A DNA stretch of 63,110 nucleotides, the filler included, from Octopus bimaculoides (taxonomy: Eukaryota): the NCBI RefSeq assembly GCF_001194135.2. It is 3 parts of 3 records of this genome, joined end to end, with 100 filler letters (N's around TTAATTAATTAA, not from the genome) between each part and the next. Parts side by side here need not be neighbours in the genome. Positions count along the whole stretch, not along the records: positions 20,002 to 50,904 come from NC_068984.1; 2 more parts are not named here. One strand, written 5' to 3'. Each line of letters begins with the position of its first letter. Positions within the stretch are counted from its first letter, which is position 1. The position numbers and the translations under genes are program-made. This document shows positions 34,473-45,911 of the stretch, one piece after another. The notes under the pieces were generated by a model. That model was not told where the DNA came from. It worked only from the letters and a program-made list of their open reading frames with translations, and did not search any database.

Positions 34473-35689
34473 CATGTATGTATATATATATATGCGTACT
34501 TGCTAAAGAACTTCCGTTGGCAAATTTGGAATATTGAATTAGGTAGAGCGATTTACTTGAGTTTATTTTATCTTTCGTTTTTATATTTATTTTTATCAAC
34601 AGAATCATTGCTTAGTATTTCTTGAATTTTGTGAATTAGAACAGGAGTTTTTGTTTAACATGATTAGTTAATATGCTTTGTTGTTCAGCGCCATTTTCAA
34701 AGTCTCGCTTAGCAGCATGCATTCTNNNNNNNNNNNNNNNNNNNNNNNNNNNNNNNNNNNNNNNNNNNNNNNNNNNNNNNNNNNNNNNNNNNNNNNNNNN
34801 NNNNNNNNNNNNNNNNNNNNNNNNNNNNNNNNNNNNNNNNNNNNNNNNNNNNNNNNNNNNNNNNNNNNNNNNNNNNNNNNNNNNNNNNNNNNNNNNNNNN
34901 NNNNNNNNNNNNNNNNNNNNNNNNNNNNNNNNNNNNNNNNNNNNNNNNNNNNNNNNNNNNNNNNNNNNNNNNNNNNNNNNNNNNNNNNNNNNNNNNNNNN
35001 NNNNNNNNNNNNNNNNNNNNNNNNNNNNNNNNNNNNNNNNNNNNNNNNNNNNNNNNNNNNNNNNNNNNNNNNNNNNNNNNNNNNNNNNNNNNNNNNNNNN
35101 NNNNNNNNNNNNNNNNNNNNNNNNNNNNNNNNNNNNNNNNNNNNNNNNNNNNNNNNNNNNNNNNNNNNNNNNNNNNNNNNNNNNNNNNNNNNNNNNNNNN
35201 NNNNNNNNNNNNNNNNNNNNNNNNNNNNNNNNNNNNNNNNNNNNNNNNNNNNNNNNNNNNNNNNNNNNNNNNNNNNNNNNNNNNNNNNNNNNNNNNNNNN
35301 NNNNNNNNNNNNNNNNNNNNNNNNNNNNNNNNNNNNNNNNNNNNNNNNNNNNNNNNNNNNNNNNNNNNNNNNNNNNNNNNNNNNNNNNTATATATATATA
35401 TATATATATATATATGATTCGATTTGGGGAATATGATGAGACTCTCATATTTGTCTTCATAAATGGGCCTATAACCGTTTATCAGAAAATTCTAGATACA
35501 TAATACCCAACATAAGCGGGGTTATATGTGTGTATGTGTATGTATGCATGATAATGCATATATACATACAATCATATACATACGCACACATGCAGACATA
35601 TATGCATATATAATATATACATATACGTTCATACAGATCTATGTATGTCTGTGTGTGTCTATTATGTCATTTATATCATTGTTGTTGCG

Positions 35690-35970
35690 CTGATGCTGCT
35701 GCTACTGCTGCTGCTGCTGCTACCGCTGCTGCTGCTGCCCTTTATTGCAGCGGGTACTGGTGGTGCCGGTAACGATATTGGTATTACTGTCGCTATCTAT
35801 TCTTTCGTTTGTGTTGCCATGTTTGTTAATGACTACTTTGTCATTACTGCTGCTACCGCTGCTGCTGCTGGCGGCGGCGGCCACGGTGATAGTGGTAGTG
35901 GCGGTGGTGACGGCGGCGGCGGCAGTGGTGGTGGTGGTGGTGGTGGTGGTGGTGGTGGTGGTGGTGGTAC
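35690..35970. repeat. Compound (GCT)/(GGC)/(GGT) trinucleotide repeat
   Basis: Directly visible. Confidence 0.85.
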
Positions 35971-36350
35971 CGCTTAGACTTAAGATGAGGGGAAGCAGTG
36001 TCAAACACTATTCTTCCAAACACTGCTTACATCCGCTAGATATTCTGCCGAATATTTCGGCGGCCATTATGGTATAGTGCTTAGTACAGCTCGACTGCAT
36101 ACGGAAAGCGCGTTGTTCGAACCTGCCAGCTGTATTATGACATTGTTTCAAATGGTAGTATCCCATCATGGCCACAGTCTTTGGGTTGGAACACATAAAC
36201 GAATAAAGGCATGTATATAAAAAATATACTCATGGATAACAAATACAGGTATCTCAAATGCCATACAACATGAATTTTCGCTTCATTAATATCATATAAT
36301 ATCAATATATCATTAACATCATACACGTGTACACGCGTGTATGTGTGTGT

Positions 36351-36415
<65 letters not shown>

Positions 36416-36747
36416 NNNNNNNNNNNNNNNNNNNNNNNNNNNNNNNNNNNNNNNNNNNNNNNNNNNNNNNNNNNNNNNNNNNNNNNNNNNNNNNNNNNNN
36501 NNNNNNNNNNNNNNNNNNNNNNNNNNNNNNNNNNNNNNNNNNNNNNNNNNNNNNNNNNNNNNNNNNNNNNNNNNNNNNNNNNNNNNNNNNNNNNNNNNNN
36601 NNNNNNNNNNNNNNNNNNNNNNNNNNNNNNNNNNNNNNNNNNNNNNNNNNNNNNNNNNNNNNNNNNNNNNNNNNNNNNNNNNNNNNNNNNNNNNNNNNNN
36701 NNNNNATATATACATACACGTGTATATATGTGTGTGTGTATGTTTGT

Positions 36748-36940
36748 GTGTCTGTGTTTGTCCACCCACCATCGCTTGACAACCGATGCTAGTCCCCTTA
36801 ACTTAGCAGTTCAGCAAAGAGACCGTTAGAATAAGTACTAGGCCTACAAAAAATAAGTTCTGGGGTCGATTTGTTCGACTAAAGGCGGTGCTCCAGCATG
36901 GCCGCAGTCAAATAACTGAAACAAATCAAAGAATAAAAGA

Positions 36941-36941
<1 letters not shown>
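36748..36941 (+). mobile_element. CORE-type SINE, 3' half
   Basis: GTTTGTCCACCCACCATCGCTTGACAACCG..TAACTTAGCAGTTCAGCAAAAGAGACCG..GGCGGTGCTCCAGCATGGCCGCAG..GAATAAAAGA, homologous to 17450-17640. Confidence 0.8.
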
Positions 36942-36971
<30 letters not shown>

Positions 36972-37025
36972 TGCATGTATGTATGTATGTATATATGTAT
37001 GTATGCATGCATGTATGTGTGTGTG

Positions 37026-37059
<34 letters not shown>

Positions 37060-37236
37060 TATATGTATGTATGCATGCATGTATGTGTGTGTATGTATGT
37101 ATGTATGTATGTATGTATGTATGTATGTACTCCAAGAGTGAAGGATCGAAACTTTAGATAGATAGATAGATAGATAGATGCATAAATACATCCTTGCACA
37201 TGCACACACACAGTCACATCACACTCACACACACAG

Positions 37237-37274
<38 letters not shown>

Positions 37275-37297
37275 ANNNNNNNNNNCACACACACACA

Positions 37298-37328
<31 letters not shown>

Positions 37329-37599
37329 TCACATACGCACATTCAGAACGAAAGCGATAAAGACCCAATATTTACGCACATACATATTTCCGCAAGAATG
37401 TCTTCTTAAAATATGTGCGTTTCTAGGCGTCCGCGTAAAACATCCTAGTATTTTCATCCATCTTTTATTCTCGTTGGTGTAATTGAAAAATCACATTACT
37501 TACAACGTTGTTTTGTTAATGTCCATACCTCAAGAAATTTCAATCAAAGTTTGCACCTGGACAATTTCATTTCGCTCACATGTCTCTGTTGCTGCTGGT

Positions 37600-37718
37600 A
37601 GTGATGACGATTATATTGTTGTTGTTGTTGTTGTTGTTTCGGTAGCCCCGGGTCAGCGCTCGTCAAGCAGATTTAGGATCAAAGATGTGTCAGCTGTGAC
37701 AGTCCCGTCGGTTTTTAA

Positions 37719-37782
<64 letters not shown>

Positions 37783-38010
37783 GTCGTTGTTGTTTTTGTT
37801 GTTACTATTATTATCATTATTATTATCATTATTATTATTATTATTATGATTATTATTATTATTATTATTATTATTGCCGTCGTTATCATCATCCTCTTCA
37901 TCATCCTCTTCATCATCATTATCATCATCTTCCTTAATAGCAGTATTGTTGTTGTTACTGTTGTTCTTGTTGTCGTTGCTACTGCTGTTGTTCATGTTGT
38001 TGTTCTAGTT
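37600..38010. repeat. Compound (GTT)/(ATT)/(ATC) trinucleotide repeat
   Basis: Directly visible. Confidence 0.9.
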
Positions 38011-38013
38011 TTT

Positions 38014-38239
38014 GGTGGTGAGCTGGCAGAATTGACACCGTGCCAGACAAAATACTTAGCTGCATTACGTTCTGAGTTCGAATTCCACCGTCGTCAACTT
38101 TGCCTTTCATCCTTTTGGGTTCTATAGAATAAAGTACCAACTAAGTGCAGGGGTCGACGTAGTCGACTCGCCTCCTCCTCAATAAAATTTCAGGCCTTGT
38201 GTCTGTTGTAAAAAGGATGATTATTATTATAAAAGAAAC

Positions 38240-38277
<38 letters not shown>

Positions 38278-38800
38278 CGTCTTTAGGTTTTGAGTTCAAA
38301 TTCTGCCGAGGTCGACTTCGCCTTTCATCCTTCCAGGGTCGATAAAATGAGTACTAGTTGAGTGCTTGGGTCGATGCAATCGACTTAACCCCTCATCGAA
38401 ATTGCTGGCCCATGTGGCACAATTTGAAATTATAATTATTATTATTATTATTATCATCATTATTACTATTATTATCTTCGTCGTCGTCATCATCATCATA
38501 CTCATCCTTCCACAAGAATGAGGTAAGTTGTCCCTCTCACTTCCCTCTTTTATTTCACGTGGTCTTACTCAACATTGACACTGTGAATGCTCATGGGAAA
38601 ACCGTTAGAGCATCGAACAAATAACCGAACGTTATTTCTTCCGACTCTTTTCGTTCTAAGTTCATGCCACGCCAAATTGTCTTTCATCCTTCCAAAGCTG
38701 ATAAAATAAAGTACCAATCATGTACTGAGAACAATGGAATCGCCAAATCTCTCAGACCTCTTTAAACTGCTAGCCTTGTGCCAAAATTAGAAAGAACTAT
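38014..38800 (+). mobile_element. Three same-orientation SINE family A copies separated by (ATT)n tracts
   Basis: Copies at about 38014-38220, 38277-38428 (5'-truncated) and 38597-38800 (degenerate), each with CTTTCATCCTT..ATAAAAT..AGTAC body. Confidence 0.75.
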
Positions 38801-39180
38801 TGTCGTCGTTGTCGCTATTCGCATCGTAAATGGTAAATGAAGCTAGGACTACATTTTCTAACGTGTCCTTGCTTTTATTTTCAAAATAGTGAAGCTTTGT
38901 GATTCGAAATGTATATTAGTTGTGTTTCTAACATTTCAGACACCAACATAGAAGTGTTTCACATTGATTCCTTGGTAATGGTAACTTTGTTACTGTCGTC
39001 GCCGTCGTTGTTGTTGTTGTTGTTGTTGTTGTTGCTGTTGTTTAATCTTTGGCGGGAACTTTAAAGTATCGGATAGAATGTTTTGTGTCATTGATTCTGG
39101 TTCTCTGTAATTCGCCGTTGCTTTTCAAGGGATGTAGGTTAACGGAATTGCTAGAGATTCGTATGGAACACCTTTCAGTG

Positions 39181-39412
39181 AGGCGGCGAGCTGGCAGAAA
39201 CGTTAGCACGCCGGGCGAAATGCTTAGCGCTATTTCGTCTGCCGCTACGTTCTGAGTTCAAATTCCGCCGAGGTCGACTTTGCCTTTCATCCTTTCGGGG
39301 TCGATTAAATAAGTACCAGTTACGCACTGGGGTCGGTATTCTCGACTTAATCCGTTTGTCTGTCCTTGTTTGTCCCCTCTGTGTGTAGCCCCTTGTGGGT
39401 ACTAAAGAAATA
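39181..39412 (+). mobile_element. SINE family A, young-looking copy with an alternative (Tx1-like) 3' tail
   Basis: Head and body close to the family consensus; tail TTTGTCCCCTCTGTGTGTAGCCCCTTGTGGGTACTAAAGAAAT replaces the usual GTGCCAAAATTTGAAACC tail. Confidence 0.85.
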
Positions 39413-40029
39413 ACACCTTTCAGTGTCTGTTATAGGTCTTTGTGTTCTGATGATAACGCCTGACATGGCACTCATTGGTGCCAATTTGTATTGGATCTTG
39501 CCTTTCCTTGGGACGACGTTGGCGGGGTGAGGAGAGAGAAGGCTTACCTACATGGGTGACAGTTGGGTTTTCTTGAATAAAGAAATATCTTGCATAGGTT
39601 TGCATGCGGGAGAGGAAGTCTCTAGATACAAATCCATAGCCTCACGTGACATACGTAAGATACGGGAACAAGATTAGTTATAGATCTGCCCTGATGAAGC
39701 AAATCTACAATCAATGCTATGTGAGCCATTTTCGACTCTGTTTTTCAAAGTTAGAACATCTTGCACAACTTCATCCAAAGAATTTTCCCATTTTAAAACA
39801 GTCGATTCTGATTCAAAGGAGAATTAGCTGCAGATCCTTGGAACTCGAGTAACGTCATAGAGACTCCTAGTAGATGGTTGTTGTTGTTATTCTTGTTCCT
39901 GTTGTTTTGTTGTTGTTGTTGTCATTGTTTGACCCCAGGTCGGCTCTGATAAAGCTGACATGTGAGCCAATACGTGTAATTCATGATCATCCAACCGTAT
40001 GTCTTTTAGATATAGTGTAACTATGGCTA

Positions 40030-40398
40030 GTGGAGGCGCAATGGCCCAGTGGTTAGGGCAGCGGACTCGCGGTCATAGGATCGTGGTTTCGATTCCCAGA
40101 CCGGCCGTTGTGAGTGTTTATTGAGCGAAAACACCTAAAGCTCCACGAGGCTCCGGCAGGGGATGTACTCTTTCACCACAAACTTTCTCTCACTCTTACT
40201 TCCTGTTTCTGTTGTGCCTGTAATTCAAAGGGTCAGCCTTGTCACACTGTGTCACGCTGAATATCCCCGAGAACTACGTTAAGGGTACACGTGTCTGTGG
40301 AGTGCTCAGCCACTTTCACTTTAACTTCACGAGCAGGCTGTTCCGTTGATCGGATCAACTGGAACCCTCGACGTCGTAAGCGATAGAGTGCCAACAAC
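40030..40398 (+). mobile_element. SINE family B with 11-bp target-site duplication
   Basis: AACTATGGCTA at 40019-40029 and 40399-40409 flanks the element. Confidence 0.9.
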
Positions 40399-41303
40399 AA
40401 CTATGGCTAACATTATCCAATGTGTTCTGAAGGGTAGATTATTATGGCACTATGGTTTTATTCGAGGGCACATTGGCTGCTGTTTCTAGCGGATCGAGTG
40501 ACCACATAGTGGTTCAATATTTAGTTCGTCTCGTCTCTCTCAGAAATTTCATGAGTTTTATTTTTATTAAAAGAGTTGTGAATATCAATAGAATTTAGCA
40601 AACCACCGACCTAGAATGTCCTCTACTTCCAATCATAACACGATTTTCATTCTTTCTTCAAGCCTGCCTTTTTTTTCTTCCATTCTTTGTCTTCTGTCAT
40701 AAGATCGTCAGTTCTTAAAGAGCTATCGAAACATTAATAATGTAAAAACTCTAATTTGCTTTTTTATTCCGCAAGAGATTTTTTTTATTTTATATATTTA
40801 TTTATTTATTTTGTGGTTAGGTGGAGGCCGTAAAGATGTGGTCCGGAAAAAGAAAGACAAACATGTAAAAGTGGAAATGTTGAAGAGAGGAAACAGGAAG
40901 GACGCGTACTACAAAGGGGAGGTCTGGAGAGGGAGGAATGCGAGATTAGAAAACAGTGACATCAATATCGACGTTGACATGGCGAAAATGAAGGTTATGG
41001 TGAGGACGATAAAGATGATGACGATATCATAAAGATATTATAATAAAGCTGGTGATAATAGGGTGGATTACGATCGTAATCATCATCATCAACATCATCA
41101 TCATCAACATCATCATCATCATCATCGACATCATGATGATGGAAGTGTCTATATATATATATCTTTAAATTATATATCATGATATTATATATCATGATAT
41201 CATATATCATATCTTTAAATCATATATCATAGATGATGGAAGTGTCTGTGTATATATATCTTTAAATATATTTTATCTTTAATATATATATATNNNNNNN
41301 NNN

Positions 41304-42386
41304 GCCTTATTACTCTGATATAACAAAGCAATTTCGTTATAACTGCCACAAAAGGTGTATTTTCCATCACGAAAAAGTACAAAAAATTGTCAGCTGGCGG
41401 AGGGAAAGATTCTTGGCGGTTAGCGAGAGAGGTTTTCGGAGATTGGTGAGAAAGATTGTCGGAGATTGGTGAGAGAGGTTATATAGATATATAAAGTGTT
41501 CGAAGAAAGTGCAATAATAATAACGTTCACACTCACTGATGGTCGCTCTCAGTAACTGCCTTTAGCTTGCGAAGTTCTTGTTTTTATAAGTATCGAAAAG
41601 CAGTCAGAATGATAAACATATTGTTGAGAACAAAGGATTTCGTTGGAGGTCTGTTATCTCCATTCCAGCCAGTGGTGGCCTAGAAGAAGTTAGAAGGGTC
41701 AAGCGGCAAAGACATTATTCTGCTTAGCGAAGGCATCTGGGAAATGTATAACTGCTGTCATTCACAGAAAAACTATTATTTTACCGTGAGAAAAGCGCTG
41801 TTGAAGTTTTAAGTAAAATTTGGCAATCGAGGATCGAATCCATGCTGTGCCTGCATGAAGCCACTACAAATACGTTGTGGAATAAATAATTTATCTACTG
41901 TCATGGAAAAAGTGTAACTGTAAAAATGCAGAATTATCGGAGTAATGGGCATTCAAAACCGTATGTATGTATAGAAATGTATGAATGAAGTCTTTAAGGT
42001 TTAAGATTCAAATTAAGGAAGTGCAATAATAATGTTTAGCAGTTCAAAACTGCGAGTAGTGAAATGCAGAATTAGGTCGGCTGATCGTAAGAATCAAATA
42101 TTGATCGCTTCGCTAAAAACTGCAAGTGGTATGGGTTATTTCCCTTGGGTTGTTTGAATTAAATATTATTAATATGTAGTAGATAGAAGGATCCATTGGA
42201 GTAACCCTATTATCGATTTTTTTCAATAATCGAAGTATGTGACGAGGTTTCCAAACATGAGTTCTACTCACATATCAAGTTTCATCAAAATCAATAAAAC
42301 GATGCAGGAGGAGTTAGCTAACAACGCCGCAAACACACACCGATTTTCCACATATGTAGTATATATATATATATATATATATATAT
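41304..42386 (-). mobile_element. Probable non-autonomous Helitron/Helentron-like element (ends obscured by gaps)
   Basis: Right end ATCAAGTTTCATCAAAATC..GGAGGAGTTAG..CACACACCGATTTTCCACATATGTAGTATATA resembles the terminal block of DINE-1/HINE-type rolling-circle derivatives; internal direct repeat AAATGCAGAATTA x2. The left boundary is a guess. Confidence 0.35.
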
Positions 42387-42856
42387 NNNNNNNNNNNNNN
42401 NNNNNNNNNNNNNNNNNNNNNNNNNNNNNNNNNNNNNNNNNNNNNNNNNNNNNNNNNNNNNNCATCAATAGACTTTCTTTAATTAATGGCAATCTGTTAA
42501 TAGCGCAAATATACAAATTAGATTATCCAATATTTTGCTTCTCTAATTCAGGGCTGGTTTATGAGCTGGTGTATGCTATTGATGCAGGAAGGAAGCCTTC
42601 ACTGGGGAGTGGTCAACAAACCATGGAACGATCCGTCAGAAAACTCTTTCTCTTTTTCTGCGTATCAGTAGTGTAGAACGAATATGTTTACTTTCTTATT
42701 TAACTCTCAGTAAGGTTTTGTAAAGTTTTAACTTCTTTCAGTTATTCTGATTTAAACTTATCGTAAATAAATAATGCTGATATATATATATATAGTATAT
42801 ATTTGTTAAAATTTTACAAGCAAATGGCTTGGCTGTCTACTCCCTTGCTTTCGTCA

Positions 42857-42902
42857 CACTGTCTGACGAAGGCGAACAAACCGAAACTTCGATGTCACTG
42901 TC
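42857..42902 (+). ncRNA. Minimal type I hammerhead ribozyme motif
   Basis: CACTGT-CTGACGA-AGG[CGAACAAA]CC-GAAA-C[TTCGAT]GTC^ACTGTC: intact core, GUC cleavage triplet, palindromic TCGA in loop III, stem I 4 of 5 pairs. Confidence 0.6.
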
Positions 42903-43674
42903 AAACGTTTCATATATATATATATATACACAACAATTACAAAGCTGGTTAATTTTAAATTACATCTCAAAAACATTTGATTTCTTTTTTTTATACATTT
43001 TCATTCATTTATTTTGTTTCATTTCTTTTATTTCAGTTATTCTTTTTTTTTTCTACAATTCAGTCTCGATAGTAACAAATCCATTGGCGTCAGGAAAAAA
43101 AACTCATAAAAAAAACACCATCATGGTTGTTTCATAAATAATAGACCACTACATGGGTTGCTTTTTTTCCGTTTCTTTTTTATTTTTAAAAAGTAATATA
43201 TAAATACATAATTGACATTAGCTCGCAACTTATTCATGGAAGTATCAACGGAGACAGCCAAGTGGAATTAATGCGACATTGAGATATTCAGATATTAGTT
43301 AGAGAAAAGTTAGGATTAAGAAAAGAAAGCAAAGAAAACTATGGAATAAATAAATAAATAGATAAATAAATGCATAAGAAACTAGATAGAAGAAAATCAA
43401 AAGAAAGAAAAAAGAATAACAACAACAATATGCAAAAATAAATCCGGAAACCATGGCCCCAGATCTTTGGAGTTCATTAAAAATTGACTTAATCGTTTGT
43501 TTGGATTTCTTTCAGAAGTTTAAGGGGTTGCGTTATATATCTGACTCTTGCACATGTTGATATTTAAATATTTATTCAGACAACTGACTCAAAATAACTT
43601 TTTTTTTCAATCAGAAGACTCTTATTATCCGATATATGTATGTACGTGCGTATGTATCTATGTGTGTATTATGT

Positions 43675-43676
<2 letters not shown>

Positions 43677-43746
<70 letters not shown>

Positions 43747-43872
43747 GATAGATAGATAGATAGATAAGATAGATAGATAGATAAGATAGATAGATAGATA
43801 AGATAGATAGATAGATAAGATAGATAGATGGATAAGATAGATAGATGGATAAGATAGATAAGATAGAGAGAG

Positions 43873-43921
<49 letters not shown>

Positions 43922-43958
43922 TATAGATAAGATAAGATAAGATAGATAGATAAGTAGA
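43677..43958. repeat. (GATA)n/(GATAA)n compound microsatellite
   Basis: Directly visible; similar tracts at 8095-8140, 57710-57765 and 62447-62552. Confidence 0.9.
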
Positions 43959-44311
43959 CAGACAGGTACGCGCGCACACACACACAAAACACAACACAAC
44001 ACACACAAACACACTCATTTCCGACTGATTTTCTTTTCGTTTAGCTTAACAAAAAGAAGTCTGCAACACAAAAATAGTATTTCTATTACAGATTATGCAT
44101 TTCTACAGCATTTCTAAGAGCTTCCCACGTTTGAGTGTACACGACCGCTTTAAATACAAATGTACACAGCAATATTTTGATTAATTAGTTTTTTTTTGTG
44201 ATATTCATTTAATTAATTTCAGCTTGACGAAGCTTTGCATGCGCCAGGAAATTCATTCTTTATTATCTTTGCTGACATTTAAGAATGGCAATTTGAATTG
44301 TATTCTGTGTC

Positions 44312-44354
44312 TGTAGCTGATGAAGCGTAACAACGCAGAAATACGTGGCCTACA
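44312..44354 (+). ncRNA. Decayed minimal type I hammerhead ribozyme motif
   Basis: TGTAG-CTGATGA-A-GCGT[AACA]ACGC-A-GAAA-T[ACGT]GGC^CTACA: perfect 5-bp stem I, intact CUGAUGA and GAAA, palindromic ACGT loop III; cleavage triplet GUC>GGC and the stem II closing pair are mutated. Confidence 0.5.
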
Positions 44355-44819
44355 TTCCAATGAGGTCATTTATTGCCCTGATTGGTTTATTTTAACACTC
44401 ATTATTTATAGGGAAGAATTTTTCTTCCTAGAGACGTATTGTAGCGAGGAAGTTTTAACGCTTGAATGTATTTGTATTTAAAATATACAAATACACAGCT
44501 TCGTTTATACTGAATTTATATCGTGGTCACCAGCTTCATCATGTTCATGATCATTGTCACCACCTTAACGTTGATGCTGATGTCGATCATAATGGTTGTA
44601 ATGCTGATAATAATCATTATGATAAAGATGGTGATGGTGGTGGTGTTAGAATGGTTATGGCGGAATTTCTGCTGATAATTTATATTCACTCGAATTCCAC
44701 TAACAATTGTGTTCTGAAAAATTTTAAACGACAAAACGTAATATTCGTAAAATGATATACATGTATGCGAGTGTTTGCGTGTATGAGAACGTTCTTTTTC
44801 TTTCCGTGAGTCGGAGGCC

Positions 44820-44970
44820 AAGAGGCCATGCTGGTGTTGTACTTTGGATGGTTTAGTCGATCAAAGCGGCTCCAGCAAATATTTTAAGTCAGATGCCTAT
44901 ATGATTGGACGCTTTCGCCGTACCACCAAGTTACGAAGACGTAATTCATCATTGACTCTCAGGCAGTGAG
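44820..44970 (-). mobile_element. Degenerate CORE-type SINE 3' half
   Basis: GAGGCCATGCTGG..TTTAGTCGATCAA..AAGTTACGAAGACGTAA resembles the reverse complement of the family tail. Confidence 0.45.
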
Positions 44971-45029
44971 AAACAACTACAAAGATTACGTATATTTGAT
45001 GTGGTGACGGTTGTCCACTCGTGACCGAG

Positions 45030-45200
45030 GAAAACCATCACTGATCATTGCTCATACAAAATGCCAGCAATGCTTGTGCATTAAGGTATTGCTCACGCGG
45101 TCGGCTCCATCCAGGTTCACGCCCATGGCTTCTATGTTCATCACTACGCCCTCCTAATCGACCTGGCATCAGAAGTTCGCCTCGCCGGTTATTGTACAAC
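45030..45200 (-). mobile_element. Possible LINE AP-endonuclease remnant
   Basis: LMPGRLGGRSDEH..NAQALLAFCMSND resembles the GDFNAR(L/I)G....NG..LL.FC..N.L segment of APE domains; the key GDFN is not retained. Confidence 0.35.
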
Positions 45201-45541
45201 CTAGATTTAAGTCTAATAAGGCTTGCGCAGCACCTCACAGATGCTCTCCACCGTACATACTTGATCTAGAAATAAGGCAGGTCAAAATATCCAGTGCTAA
45301 TATGGGTTGCAGGCTCAGGAATGTGGGAGTGCCATAATCTCAAGCGGGAACAAAAAAAATCCCTAAAACATTCAATTCCATTTTCCCTGCATATTTTGTT
45401 TTATATTAGAGTGACCTTTTCGTAGAGACATGCTTTAACAAACTCTGAGGGGTGCCTCACTCCCAGTAGTCTTCCAGCACGCTAAACATCACCCAAAAAT
45501 GTGAAAGGGCCTGTGCTATTGCTAGATAATCGTTGAACCGT

Positions 45542-45911
45542 GGAGGCGCAATGGCCCAGTGGTTAGGGCAGCGGACTCACGGTCATAGGATCGCGGTTTC
45601 GATTCCCAGACCGAAACATCCAGAGCGAAAACACCTAAATCCCCACAAGGTTGCGGCAGGGGATGGTGGCGAACCTTGCTGTACTTTTTCACCACAACTT
45701 TCTCTCACTCTTACTTCCTGTTTCTGTTGTGTCTGTAATTCAAAGAGTCAGCCTTGTCACACTGTGTCACGCTGAATATCCCCGAGAACTACGTTAAGGG
45801 TACGCGTGTCTGTGGAGTGCTCAGCCACTTGCACGTTAATTTTACGAGCAGACTGTTCTGTTGATCAGATCAACTGGAACCCTCGATGTCGTAAGCGACG
45901 GAGTGCTAACA
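45542..45911 (+). mobile_element. SINE family B
   Basis: GGAGGCGCAATGGCCCAGTGGTTAGGGCAGCGGACTC head, colinear with 40030-40398. Confidence 0.88.

Noticed and set aside
33533-38127. Long poly-L, -S, -T, -V, -I, -N and -G ORFs
   Set aside because: They are translations of trinucleotide microsatellites, not coding sequence.
38505-38528. 6-nt microexon AATGAG between CCACAAG| and |GTAAGT
   Set aside because: Non-canonical AAG acceptor beside a microsatellite; not distinguishable from chance without RNA data.
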